Origin: Candidatus Hydrogenedentota bacterium
Lineage (GTDB): Bacteria; Hydrogenedentota; Hydrogenedentia; Hydrogenedentales; SLHB01
Direction of reading: 5' to 3'
Assembly: GCA_029974275.1 (NCBI GenBank)
Contig: JARKSN010000289.1
Location: forward strand, 30,928 to 94,927
DNA length: 64,000 nucleotides
The translations under genes were made by a program, and so were the position numbers. The first letter of the stretch is position 1, and the number at the start of each line of letters is the position of its first letter. The notes below the pieces were generated by a model that saw nothing but the letters and a program-made list of their open reading frames with translations, was not told the DNA's origin and did not search any database. Shown piece by piece: positions 9,305 to 18,633 of this stretch.

Positions 9305-10769
9305 GCCGCTTGATTAACTCGTCGACGATGGCGGCGGATTGGAGCACGGTCGGCGTGCCGCCGCCGGGATGAACGCTGCCGCCGACATAGTAAAGTCCCG
9401 CAATGCGCCCATCCGCATTTGGGGGGCGATAAAAGGCGCCGCGCCATCCATGGGAATGACTTCCATAGATGGCGCCGCCGGGCATGTCGTATCGCTCAGC
9501 AAGCGTTCTGGGCGTGCAGGAGGTTTCGGCCACGATATCGCGGTCGATGTCTGGAAAACCGCTTTTCTTCAGCCGGGCGAATACCTGCCGGCGGGCCTGC
9601 GCGACGGTTGCATCGGTCCATGCTGTAGCGTCGGTTGCGGGCGCGTTGCTCATGATGAACAACGTTTCGCCGGCTCCCGGGACCAGCGATCGATCGGTGC
9701 GGCTTGGAATGCTGACATAGACCGTCGGATCGGCGGGGTGCATGCGGCGCATGAAGAGATCGTCGAACTCGCGCGGATAGTCGGCTGAAAAATATACGTT
9801 GTGGTGATGCAGTTCGGGAAGATTCCTCCCTCGAGCTACCACAAAGACGAGACCGGAGAGAGAGCGCGAGGACTCCCGCGATAACGGCGACGCATCGCGA
9901 CCGAGAAGGCGCGGGGCCTGTGCGGCATCTCCGTTGAACGCCACAACGTCGGCGGGAATCCGTTCGCCGGCGCCGGTGACGACGCCCGTGACGCGACCTG
10001 ACGCGTGACAAATTGCGGTGATGGGCGTGGCCGTGCGGATGTCGGCTTTGCGCGCCTCCAACAACGCGATCAACGCCTCGACGAGGCGGTGCAGGCCGCC
10101 AAGCACATACCAGCCTCCCAGGGCGTATTCGATGTAGGGAATGACGAGGAGCGTTGCGGGACAAGCGTATGGAGACGAGCCGACGAACGTGGGGTATCGG
10201 TCGTATAGTTGCCGCAGATAGGGGCTGTGGAAATGCGCGGCGACGCTCCGGTGGTAGTTGCCCCAGGCATGGCGGAATGGAAGATGACGCAAGGCGCGCA
10301 GGACGCGCATGTCAGGGGGGGCGCTTACCGGGCGCCGCAAGAAGGTCTCGCAGGACAGCTCGTACAGGCGCGCGCCGAGCCGCATGAAGCGAAAAAATCC
10401 GTCGGCGTCGCGCGGTCCGATCGCGCGCAGCGTATCAAGCCATTCCGGCAGGTTCGCCGTGTAGGTGAAGGCGGCGCCGTCGTCATACACATATCGGCCC
10501 AGCGTCGGCATGCGGACAAGCTGCAGATGCTCGTGCAACTTTTCGCCCGCGGCATCGAAAAGCTCCTCGAAGACCCACGGCAGCGTAAGCAGCGACGGAC
10601 CTGTGTCGAAAGAGAATCCATGAGAGACCCAGCGGTTCATCTTGCCGCCCGGCGCATCGGCCTGTTCGCAGACCGTGACTTGCCAGCCGCGCGCGGCCAG
10701 CCGTAATGCGAGAGCCAATCCTCCCAGGCCGGCGCCTGCGATCACGGCTCGCTGTGTCCTGCGCGCCAT
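9291..10769 (-). CDS. CrtI-family FAD-dependent carotenoid desaturase/oxidase (CrtD-like or CrtP-like)
   Basis: IAGAGLGGL, FDTGPSLLT, GAIYG, YVGGSVHPGGGTP; start placed at ATG 10769. Confidence 0.85.
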   Translation of the reverse strand: MARRTQRAVIAGAGLGGLALALRLAARGWQVTVCEQADAPGGKMNRWVSHGFSFDTGPSLLTLPWVFEELFDAAGEKLHEHLQLVRMPTLGRYVYDDGAAFTYTANLPEWLDTLRAIGPRDADGFFRFMRLGARLYELSCETFLRRPVSAPPDMRVLRALRHLPFRHAWGNYHRSVAAHFHSPYLRQLYDRYPTFVGSSPYACPATLLVIPYIEYALGGWYVLGGLHRLVEALIALLEARKADIRTATPITAICHASGRVTGVVTGAGERIPADVVAFNGDAAQAPRLLGRDASPLSRESSRSLSGLVFVVARGRNLPELHHHNVYFSADYPREFDDLFMRRMHPADPTVYVSIPSRTDRSLVPGAGETLFIMSNAPATDATAWTDATVAQARRQVFARLKKSGFPDIDRDIVAETSCTPRTLAERYDMPGGAIYGSHSHGWRGAFYRPPNADGRIAGLYYVGGSVHPGGGTPTVLQSAAIVDELIKRHERP

Positions 10770-10770
10770 G

Positions 10771-11910
10771 TTACGGCTCGCTTTCTGGACAGGACGTTGC
10801 ACGGTAGAAGCGCCCCTTCCATTCGACGCCGCTTCCGTTGCGGAATTTCCACCACGAAACAAGGCCCAGCGTCAAAAAAGCGGCTTCGGCGATTGGATGC
10901 AGCGCCGCCGACCACAAGGGGTGGCGGAAGCGCAGCGCCAAAACGATGCGGGCTGCGATGACGGACAATCCGGCGGCGGAGGCAAGGAACCGGGCGCCTG
11001 CGGTGGGCGCGGTTGCGGCCGCGATGAACGGAGCCAGAAACACGAGACTGTGGCCGGTCCAGAAAACCCAAAACGATGCGCGCCGTTGAAATGCGGGATA
11101 GAAGTTCTTTTGAAAGCCGTTCCAGATGGCCGGCAGCGAATCGTACATGCGGACGCGTCCGATGTCCTGTCCGTCCAGGCAGACTGTCCGTTCGCCCGCG
11201 GTGCGCCATTGCCGGGCCAACTGGGTGTCCTCGAAAAGTTGATGGCGCACGAGGACATGCCCCCCCGTGCGCAGATAGGTCTCGCGATGGGCGAGAATGC
11301 AGGCTCCATGGGCAAGCCCGAGAGCCGGGTCCTTTCGGAGCAAGGCGAGAGGCGCAGGATGCAGAGTATACACCACAAAGTTGAGCATGGGCATCAGAAG
11401 CCCTTCCCAAAAACCGTGCATGTCCAATCCCGGCCAACAAGAGACGAGCGTTGCGTCATGCCGGGTCGCCGCCGTCACGATGCGGGCGACTGCTCCCGGT
11501 TGCAGGCGCGTGTCGGCGTCGAGAAACAATAGCCATTCGGAATGCGCGGCAAGGGCGAGTTGATGACACGCATGCGGCTTGCCGCACCAGCCCTCGGGAA
11601 GCGGAGTCGCGGCGATGAGGCGCACACGCTCATCGCATTCGGCGCGTTGCCGCACGATTTCCGCCGTGCGATCGGCGGAATGGTCGTCGCATACGATTGC
11701 TTCGACGACGCAATTGCCTTGTTCCAGTATGGTGTCGAGACAGGCGGCGATATGACTTTCCTCGTCGCGCGCAGGCACGAGTAGCGACACGCATGGACCC
11801 AGGGGCGCAGCGTTGTGGGGGGGCGCGGGCCACGCGAGGGCGTTCCAGACGGCAAGTCCGAGCGCGGCAAGTCCGAGCGCGAGGAGGGTTGATAGCAACG
11901 CGGTCATCAT
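10771..11910 (-). CDS. GT2 glycosyltransferase, carotenoid glycosyltransferase type (CruC/CruG/CrtQ-like)
   Basis: PARDEE, DDHSADRT, LPEGWCGKPHAC, FLDAD, FEDTQLA, VRMY, C-terminal VEWKGR; TM segments at both ends. Confidence 0.88.
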   Translation of the reverse strand: MMTALLSTLLALGLAALGLAVWNALAWPAPPHNAAPLGPCVSLLVPARDEESHIAACLDTILEQGNCVVEAIVCDDHSADRTAEIVRQRAECDERVRLIAATPLPEGWCGKPHACHQLALAAHSEWLLFLDADTRLQPGAVARIVTAATRHDATLVSCWPGLDMHGFWEGLLMPMLNFVVYTLHPAPLALLRKDPALGLAHGACILAHRETYLRTGGHVLVRHQLFEDTQLARQWRTAGERTVCLDGQDIGRVRMYDSLPAIWNGFQKNFYPAFQRRASFWVFWTGHSLVFLAPFIAAATAPTAGARFLASAAGLSVIAARIVLALRFRHPLWSAALHPIAEAAFLTLGLVSWWKFRNGSGVEWKGRFYRATSCPESEP

Positions 11911-12704
11911 GGCGATGCCTCCAGGGGGGCGGGAATTCCGGCGCGAGGCGCGGCCTCATCGAACAGAATCGCCGCCGTTTGCGCAGGCGTTTCCGCGATA
12001 GGGTTGTGCGCCGCGCCGAGCAAGACTTGGGCGCGCGCGTGAGGCCATACGGTCTTCCAGATTTGGACGCTGCGCTTCACGGCGGCGAATGTGCGTTCGC
12101 CGTACGCCATGTCGATCGGCATGGAAAGCGTCTGGAACGAAGCAAGGGGAGGAAAATCGAGGAGACTACGCATCACCTCGATGGTGAGCGCATGATTCAC
12201 GCGCCCGAAGGCCTCGGTCAGATCGGTGTGGCCCCTGCGTTTTCGTCGCAGGACGGCGTTGGCGATCCGGCGTCCCAGCGGATTCGCAAAAACGCTCATG
12301 TAGGCCCGGCGACCAAAGGAGCCCCACGTGAATACGCGGAAGTACAACGGCATATAGGCGAACGGATCGATAAGCACCAGCCGTTCCACGCGTTCGGGCG
12401 CTTGTTGGGCGGCCAGCATCGCGAGATTGCCGCCGCCGCAATAGCCGACAAGCGTGAGGGATCGATGGGGCAGCCTGCGCAAGGTTTCGGAAATCATCGC
12501 GACAACAGGATCCAGCGCCCAGCGATCAAGGGGGGGCGTCAGGCCGTAGCCGGGCAAGTCCGCGCTATACAGAACGCAGTCGTTCGGCACATGAGAGGCG
12601 AGCGGACGGAAGGTGCGATGATTCCCTGCCCATCCGTGGATGCCCAACCAGGCACGATGACCTTGACCGTATTGCTTCACGTGCAGGGGCGGATGGACAA
12701 TCAT
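11907..12704 (-). CDS. Alpha/beta hydrolase-fold protein with a Cys nucleophile (GYCGG)
   Basis: IHGWAG oxyanion motif, DLPGYG, LVGYCGGG, C-terminal GAAH. ATGA overlaps with both neighbours; start re-placed at 12704. Confidence 0.85.
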   Translation of the reverse strand: MIVHPPLHVKQYGQGHRAWLGIHGWAGNHRTFRPLASHVPNDCVLYSADLPGYGLTPPLDRWALDPVVAMISETLRRLPHRSLTLVGYCGGGNLAMLAAQQAPERVERLVLIDPFAYMPLYFRVFTWGSFGRRAYMSVFANPLGRRIANAVLRRKRRGHTDLTEAFGRVNHALTIEVMRSLLDFPPLASFQTLSMPIDMAYGERTFAAVKRSVQIWKTVWPHARAQVLLGAAHNPIAETPAQTAAILFDEAAPRAGIPAPLEASP

Positions 12705-14209
12705 GACAACGCCCTCTCCGCGGCGAGCTTTCCGCTCAGAGCGACCATGGGCAAACCCGTTCCGGGAGTCGTGCTCGCTCCTGCGTAGTAGAGGCCGTGA
12801 ATGTCGCGCGACCAATTGGACGATCGCAAAGGGCCGTTCTGCAGCAGGGTGTGCGCGGCGCCGAACGCGGAACCCCGGTGCAAGCCGAAACGCCGTTCCC
12901 ATTCCGGGGGCGTCCAGACTATTTCGTGCACAATGTCTTCGCGCCCGATCGCAATTCCATGTCGGGCGAGGCGTTTGAGAATGTGGCGGCGCATGTCCTG
13001 GACGATCGAATCCCACTGTTCCGTGTGGGCGGCTTCCAACAGCGGCACGGGCACGAGAACAAACATCGTGGCCGCCCCGGGAGGAGCCAACGCCGCGTCC
13101 GTCGCCGAGGCGATGCTTGTGTAGAAAGCGGGATCGTCCGACGGCCTTCGCGTTCGGAACAAGGCGTCAAAAGCGCCTCGGTAATCATCCGGCAAGAAGA
13201 TGGAATGATGGGGCATGTTGGGCAAGGCCCTGCGCAGACCCCAGTAGAAGGTGATGGCGCCGCACGTCATGGACGTGCGCTGTGTGCGCCGCGCGGCACG
13301 ATCGGCGTATGCCTGGGGAAGCAATCGCAGGTTTGTGGCGGGAAGATCGACATTCGAGATGACGACGGGCGCGTCCAGAATTTCGCCACTTTCTAGTTCG
13401 ATGCCTTGCACGCGGGCGTTTTCGACGCGTATGCCGCGCACCCGCGCGTTGACGCGAATGTCCACGCCGAGTTCCCGGGCGAGGCGTTCGACGCCCTCGA
13501 TCAGGCCGAAGATGCCGCCGCGCGGCAGCCAAAGTCCGTACGCGAGTTCTCCGTATGCAAGGATGGAAAAGAAGCCGGGCAGTTCGAACGGCGATCCTCC
13601 GAGATACATGCCATAGGAGCCCAGCGCCTCTCGGATGCGGCGGTTCCTAAAGAAACGGCCAAGTTCCGCGTGGAGCGATCGCCAGACGCTTATCCGGGCG
13701 CATTCGCGCAGGGTCAAGGGGCGGACCCATTCCCACAGGGAATCGGCGTTGCGCGAAACCAATTTTGCGAACGCGAGATCGTATTTCAGGCGCGTGTCGC
13801 GCAAGAAGGCCATCACGGCGGGCGCCGAACCCGGTTCGAGGCGCGAACACTCCTCGATCAACAGGTCCAGCCGAGCCGACAACGTGAACGAGGCGCCGTC
13901 GGGCCATTGAAAGCGAATGGAGGGGTCTACCGGAATCAAATCCACATAGTCGCGCATCCGCTTTCCCGCAGCGCCGAAAAGGTTTTCAAAAACCCAGGGA
14001 TAATTCAGTAGCGAGGGGCCCGTGTCGAAACGATATCCGTCAAAGCGAAGGAGTCCTGCGCGGCCCCCAACGCGTTCGTTGGCTTCGAGAAGCAGCACAT
14101 GCGCGCCCGCCAGGCGAAGATGGATGGCGGCGCTGAGCCCCCCTAAGCCGCCGCCGATGACCAGCGCCGTCGAAGAGGATCGAAGGGCTTGATGGGGTGT
14201 TGCACTCAT
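12701..14209 (-). CDS. crtI: Phytoene desaturase family protein
   Basis: VIGGGLGGL, VGGRAG, FDTGPSLL, GSAFG, GASTTPGTGLPMVALSG. Confidence 0.9.
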   Translation of the reverse strand: MSATPHQALRSSSTALVIGGGLGGLSAAIHLRLAGAHVLLLEANERVGGRAGLLRFDGYRFDTGPSLLNYPWVFENLFGAAGKRMRDYVDLIPVDPSIRFQWPDGASFTLSARLDLLIEECSRLEPGSAPAVMAFLRDTRLKYDLAFAKLVSRNADSLWEWVRPLTLRECARISVWRSLHAELGRFFRNRRIREALGSYGMYLGGSPFELPGFFSILAYGELAYGLWLPRGGIFGLIEGVERLARELGVDIRVNARVRGIRVENARVQGIELESGEILDAPVVISNVDLPATNLRLLPQAYADRAARRTQRTSMTCGAITFYWGLRRALPNMPHHSIFLPDDYRGAFDALFRTRRPSDDPAFYTSIASATDAALAPPGAATMFVLVPVPLLEAAHTEQWDSIVQDMRRHILKRLARHGIAIGREDIVHEIVWTPPEWERRFGLHRGSAFGAAHTLLQNGPLRSSNWSRDIHGLYYAGASTTPGTGLPMVALSGKLAAERALS

Positions 14210-14212
14210 GGA

Positions 14213-15247
14213 TCACCACCCCAGATAGGCGAGCGGGAGCCGCCAATACTTGCTCGGAGGCAGCACGCGGAATTTTTCCCAGGCCGGCACGCTTTCGCGA
14301 CGATCCCCCCTCCAATCCGTTGCAATCCGCGCGTTCAGTTGACCGTAGACGTCGATACAGGCGCGGATGGCGGCGCGGCTATCGTCCGAGAAAAGAAAAA
14401 GCCGATCGCTTGCCTCCCTGTACAGGTCGTTGGCGTGCGTCGCGACGCGGCGCACGACTCGTCCTAGGGCGGCGCGCTCTTCGGACGTGGCCAGCGCGAG
14501 GGTGGACAGTCCTTCTTCGCGCAGCATGTCTGCCGGCAAGTATATCCTGCCCATGCGTCGGTCGTCTTGGATATCACGCAGAAAATTGGTGAGTTGCAGG
14601 GCGATGCCGATCTTTCTGGAGATATCGAGCGTCTCGGCGAAGCGGCCCGGCGAGGAGGAACCGTATACGTGCGCCAGAAAATAGCCGACGACGACCGCAC
14701 TGCCGTACACGTACGAGTCGATAAGATCGTCCATGGTCTCGTAAAGGCGTGGCGCGGCGTCGCAACGCATGGCGGCGAGAAAGGATCGGTAGTGTTCGGG
14801 GGGGATGGCGCCATGGCGCACCACGTGGAGAAATCCTGCCAGAAAACAAGGCGTGCCAGCGGCTACGGCTTCGCGCAGCGACGCGAACGACAACCCCCGG
14901 TCATAGAAGTCCTGCCACTGATCGAGCCGGTCGCATTTCTCGCCCGGGGAGAGCGGGAAGGTGTCCACGATTTCATCGGGATAGCGCACGGCGGCGTAGA
15001 TGGCCTCGACCTTTTGGCGTTTGGCGAGCGGCAGAAATCGGGTGACGGTGAAAAAACTGGTGCTATACGTCTGGAGGACGCGCCGGGCCTCTTTGACCGC
15101 GATGTCCCACGCCGCGTTGTCGCGGGCGTCGAGGATGCGCATGCGGGTAGTTCGATCCACGTGCTCCCAATAGGCGTCCGGCCAAGGCGATTTCGGTCCT
15201 GCCAACCAGCGCCCGTGGCCATCATGTGGCTTCGCTTCCTTCCGCAT
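14213..15247 (-). CDS. crtB: Phytoene/squalene synthase family protein
   Basis: YSTSF, RYPDEIVD, YVYGSAVVVG, LQLTNFLRDIQDD, GRIYLP. Confidence 0.92.
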   Translation of the reverse strand: MRKEAKPHDGHGRWLAGPKSPWPDAYWEHVDRTTRMRILDARDNAAWDIAVKEARRVLQTYSTSFFTVTRFLPLAKRQKVEAIYAAVRYPDEIVDTFPLSPGEKCDRLDQWQDFYDRGLSFASLREAVAAGTPCFLAGFLHVVRHGAIPPEHYRSFLAAMRCDAAPRLYETMDDLIDSYVYGSAVVVGYFLAHVYGSSSPGRFAETLDISRKIGIALQLTNFLRDIQDDRRMGRIYLPADMLREEGLSTLALATSEERAALGRVVRRVATHANDLYREASDRLFLFSDDSRAAIRACIDVYGQLNARIATDWRGDRRESVPAWEKFRVLPPSKYWRLPLAYLGW

Positions 15248-15292
15248 GTTCCCGGCATGCTCCTTCCGCGAAGCGACGTCGGAGGCGTTGCG

Positions 15293-15862
15293 TCACGACC
15301 CGTTCCCCGTCAGCGTCGCGTCTATCTCCGAGTACACTTGATCGAGGAGCGCTTTGTCAACCTCCGCGTTCACGCGCAGGAGGACATGCCCCTGCGCATC
15401 CAGCACCAGCACATTGGCTGCGCCGGGCGCGTGGTCATAGGCTTTGCACACTTTCCCCTCCCAGTCCAGCATGACAGGGTAGGTCAGCGCTTTGCGGAAA
15501 AGAAGCCGCCCCAAGCCGCGCAGTTTTGGGGGGACGGCGGACAGTTCAGCCACCCCCAAAATGTCGATGCGATCCTGATACCGTTCGTACAGGGGACGAA
15601 TCCACGGCTCCAGCTGGCGGGATCCCTTCTGATCCGCAAGGAGCAGGACGCAGGTTTTTTCGCGGGGGAACTGGATGGAGTGCACGTTGCCGTACTGGTC
15701 TTCCAGTTGAAACGATGGGACTGCTTTCTCCGCGGGCGTCGCGGGCGGGGAGGCGGAGACCGACTCGCTCGTTTCCGGGCGCGCGGTTTCAGGCAAGGCC
15801 GCGAAAAAAGGCAGCATTCCTCCCCATACAATCAGGCAAAGCAATACGTAGATGTGCGGCAT
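15293..15862 (-). CDS. Exported thioredoxin-fold-like protein without CxxC (AhpC/TSA-like, ATP10/YtfJ-like)
   Basis: Signal or TM segment, PSFQLEDQYG, VMLDWEG, VLVLDAQG; start re-placed at ATG 15862. Confidence 0.65.
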   Translation of the reverse strand: MPHIYVLLCLIVWGGMLPFFAALPETARPETSESVSASPPATPAEKAVPSFQLEDQYGNVHSIQFPREKTCVLLLADQKGSRQLEPWIRPLYERYQDRIDILGVAELSAVPPKLRGLGRLLFRKALTYPVMLDWEGKVCKAYDHAPGAANVLVLDAQGHVLLRVNAEVDKALLDQVYSEIDATLTGNGS

Positions 15863-15934
15863 ATCTTCTTCCGTATCTGGCGGCGCCGGGATGAACGCTG
15901 GCCGACGATTCGACCGGGAAACAAGTCGAGGATC

Positions 15935-15963
15935 ATTGTGTGACGGACGATGCGAGTTGTCAA
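15935..15963 (-). promoter_or_regulatory. Sigma70-type promoter for the carotenoid operon
   Basis: Minus strand TTGACA-N17-CACAAT about 70 nt upstream of ATG 15862. Confidence 0.55.
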
Positions 15964-16062
15964 GAGGGTCTTCGAAGGTTTGCACAAGCGCATACGCACA
16001 TGCTACACCAATGGTTTGAACGCGGTTGGCCCGTACGGGCGAAACAAAAGGGAGCGCGGCGG

Positions 16063-18597
16063 ATGAACATCTCTTCTCTTGTTCCATACTTGACTATGGT
16101 CATTTCAGTCACGGCATCGTCTGCAGCGCTGGACCACCCATGGCTCGATTCCAGCGAATACGGCTCTATTTATGTTGTGCAGCGGGCGACCCCCAGCGAG
16201 GCGGAGGCGAAGGGCGCGACGGAATTTACGAAAAACTGGCTGCTTGTCACCGGAAAGGAAATGGCCGATCCGTCCGCCCCGGGCGCGATTCCGGTGTATC
16301 TGGGCCTGGACGCCGCGCCGCAGTCGATCCGGGAAAAATTGGATGTGAACGGGCTTGGCGAGGACGGCGTGCTGATCAAAACCTTTGGCGAGGGCGCGAC
16401 GCGGGCGCTGGTCATTGCGGGCGGCTCCGGCAAGGGGCCGTTGTACGGCGTGTATCAATTTTTTGAGGATTACTTTGGCGTGCGCTGGCTGGCTCCGGAC
16501 GCGATCCACGTTCCGCGCCCGCCGGCGTCGCTGTGCCATATCGATTTTCGATATGCGCCGCCCTTCGCTCGCCGTCTTACGCAAATGCCCGACGGCGTCG
16601 ACAACGACATCTATCGCGTGACGACCGGACCGAAGTTTGGGCTCTACGGCCACAACTTGTATGACCTTGTTCGTCCGGATGAATATTTTGCCACGCATCC
16701 CGAGTATTTCTCTGAGATCGGCGGGGAACGCATCGCGCCCGTGGGGTTCTATTGGCACGATCTGAAGGCGCGCGACGGAAAAGGCCGGCAATTGGGCCAG
16801 CTTTGCATGACGAATCCCGACGTGCAGCGCCTTATCGCCGAAGAACTGGGCCGTCGCATTCAGAAAAAACCCGACGCCAAAGTATGGAGCGTCAACCAGA
16901 TGGATTGGGCCAATAATTGCCAGTGCAAGACATGCAAGGCGCTTGATGATCAGGAAGGAACCCCGATGGGATCATACCTGACGGGGATCAATGCCATTGC
17001 CGATATCCTGGCCCAGCGGCATCCCGGCTACAAGGTGCATACGTATGCATACGCGTATACCCGCACGCCGCACAAGCGCTTGAAGCCCCGCCCCAACGTG
17101 ATCGTCGAATTGTGCACGATCGAGTGCGATTTCGCGCGACCGATCGCGAAAAAAGGTTCCAATACGAACGATGTCTTCATGAAGGACTTCGCAAAGTGGT
17201 CGAAATTGACGCACAACCTGTACATCTACAACTATCCGTGGAACTACTCCCGTTACCAGCGGATGCATCCGAACTTCCGCGTGCTCGCGCCGAACATCCA
17301 CATGTTTTACGCGCATCATGCGTTGGGCGTCCATGAGCAAGGGCCCGGCGTGCGCAACATGCAGCATACCGTGGAATTCGGAACGATGCGTTCCTACATC
17401 ATCTCAAGATTGCTGTGGAACCCGAAGCTGGACGGCGCCGCGGTTCGCGACGAGTTCATCGAGCTCTACTACCAAGAGGCCGCGCCTTTGATCAAGGAAT
17501 TCATCGCGGCGCAAGAGAAGGCCCTTGACGCATCGGGATCGTCGATGACCTGCTTTGATCCCGGCGTCTGGATCGACGCGGCCCTTGTCGCGGAGACCCG
17601 CGCCATTCTCGAGAAGGCCCGGGCGGCCGCGAAAACGCCGGAAATCCGGAGGCGCGTCGATATCGCCTGCGTGCCGGTGGAGCTTGCCGCGCTCGAATGC
17701 AGGCCGGACATCACGATGACCGAGAGCGCCATCACGCTCACAAGGCCGCCCAGTCTGACGATCGATGCGTACTTCGATCTCATTCGAGGATACGGCGCCA
17801 GCATGGTCGCCGAGAACGTTCCCATCGAGGAAGGCGTCAAGGCGTTTCAATGGGGGACGCTCGCGCGCGTTGAAACGTCGCCGCTCATCTCCATCGAAAA
17901 CGATCGCTGGCTGCTGCAAACGGCGCCCGCGTTCAAAGGCAGCATCCTTCGCATGCGCGACAAGAAGAACGACGTCGACATGCTGCGCGGCTATCTCGAC
18001 TACGGGATCGGCGCTGGGACGTATCAGGATTGGACGACCACCCCGTACGTCATGGAAGCTTCCGTTTCGGAGACCTACGACGTGGTGGAACGCAAATCCG
18101 ATCGGCTGACGCTGCGCGCCAAGCGGTATGACGGCTTGGTCGTGGACCGGACGATTTCGCTGGAACCGGGGACGGAAGGCGTGACGTTTACGCTGGTCCT
18201 GTCGAACCCGACGGACGGGCCGCTCACGCCAAACGTCAAATTCCACCCAGAGTTCGATTCGCACGGAACCGCCGCGCCTGAAATATGGGCTCGGGAGAAG
18301 GGGAAATGGCAGCCATTGGCGTCCGCGCAGGATCGGAAACTCGACGCTATCGGCAAATACTTGCCGACTCAGAACTGCGACCTGTTGGGCGCATATCTTC
18401 CCAAGGCAAAGGTGTCGTATCTGTGTTCCTTTGATCCGGACAAGACCGGCGGCCTACTGTGGTTTTTCAACGTCGCCCATGAGCGCCAGCACGTCAATTT
18501 GGAGGTGTGGCCCAAGGATGACCCGTTGGCGCCTGGAGAGGCTGTGAGCTATACGGCGATCTACTCGGTCACGAAGAAAAAACTTCCGTTGCGATAG
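16063..18597 (+). CDS. Secreted DUF4838 domain protein (putative carbohydrate-active protein)
   Basis: Signal peptide, GPLYGVYQFFEDYFGVRW, YFATHPEYF, QLCMTNPDV, CQCKTC, YAYAYT, RLLWNP; start at ATG 16063 with GGAG upstream. Confidence 0.8.
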   Translation: MNISSLVPYLTMVISVTASSAALDHPWLDSSEYGSIYVVQRATPSEAEAKGATEFTKNWLLVTGKEMADPSAPGAIPVYLGLDAAPQSIREKLDVNGLGEDGVLIKTFGEGATRALVIAGGSGKGPLYGVYQFFEDYFGVRWLAPDAIHVPRPPASLCHIDFRYAPPFARRLTQMPDGVDNDIYRVTTGPKFGLYGHNLYDLVRPDEYFATHPEYFSEIGGERIAPVGFYWHDLKARDGKGRQLGQLCMTNPDVQRLIAEELGRRIQKKPDAKVWSVNQMDWANNCQCKTCKALDDQEGTPMGSYLTGINAIADILAQRHPGYKVHTYAYAYTRTPHKRLKPRPNVIVELCTIECDFARPIAKKGSNTNDVFMKDFAKWSKLTHNLYIYNYPWNYSRYQRMHPNFRVLAPNIHMFYAHHALGVHEQGPGVRNMQHTVEFGTMRSYIISRLLWNPKLDGAAVRDEFIELYYQEAAPLIKEFIAAQEKALDASGSSMTCFDPGVWIDAALVAETRAILEKARAAAKTPEIRRRVDIACVPVELAALECRPDITMTESAITLTRPPSLTIDAYFDLIRGYGASMVAENVPIEEGVKAFQWGTLARVETSPLISIENDRWLLQTAPAFKGSILRMRDKKNDVDMLRGYLDYGIGAGTYQDWTTTPYVMEASVSETYDVVERKSDRLTLRAKRYDGLVVDRTISLEPGTEGVTFTLVLSNPTDGPLTPNVKFHPEFDSHGTAAPEIWAREKGKWQPLASAQDRKLDAIGKYLPTQNCDLLGAYLPKAKVSYLCSFDPDKTGGLLWFFNVAHERQHVNLEVWPKDDPLAPGEAVSYTAIYSVTKKKLPLR

Positions 18598-18633
18598 GCA
18601 GCGTCCCCAGGGAAGAATGTCCGGCGCTCCCAA

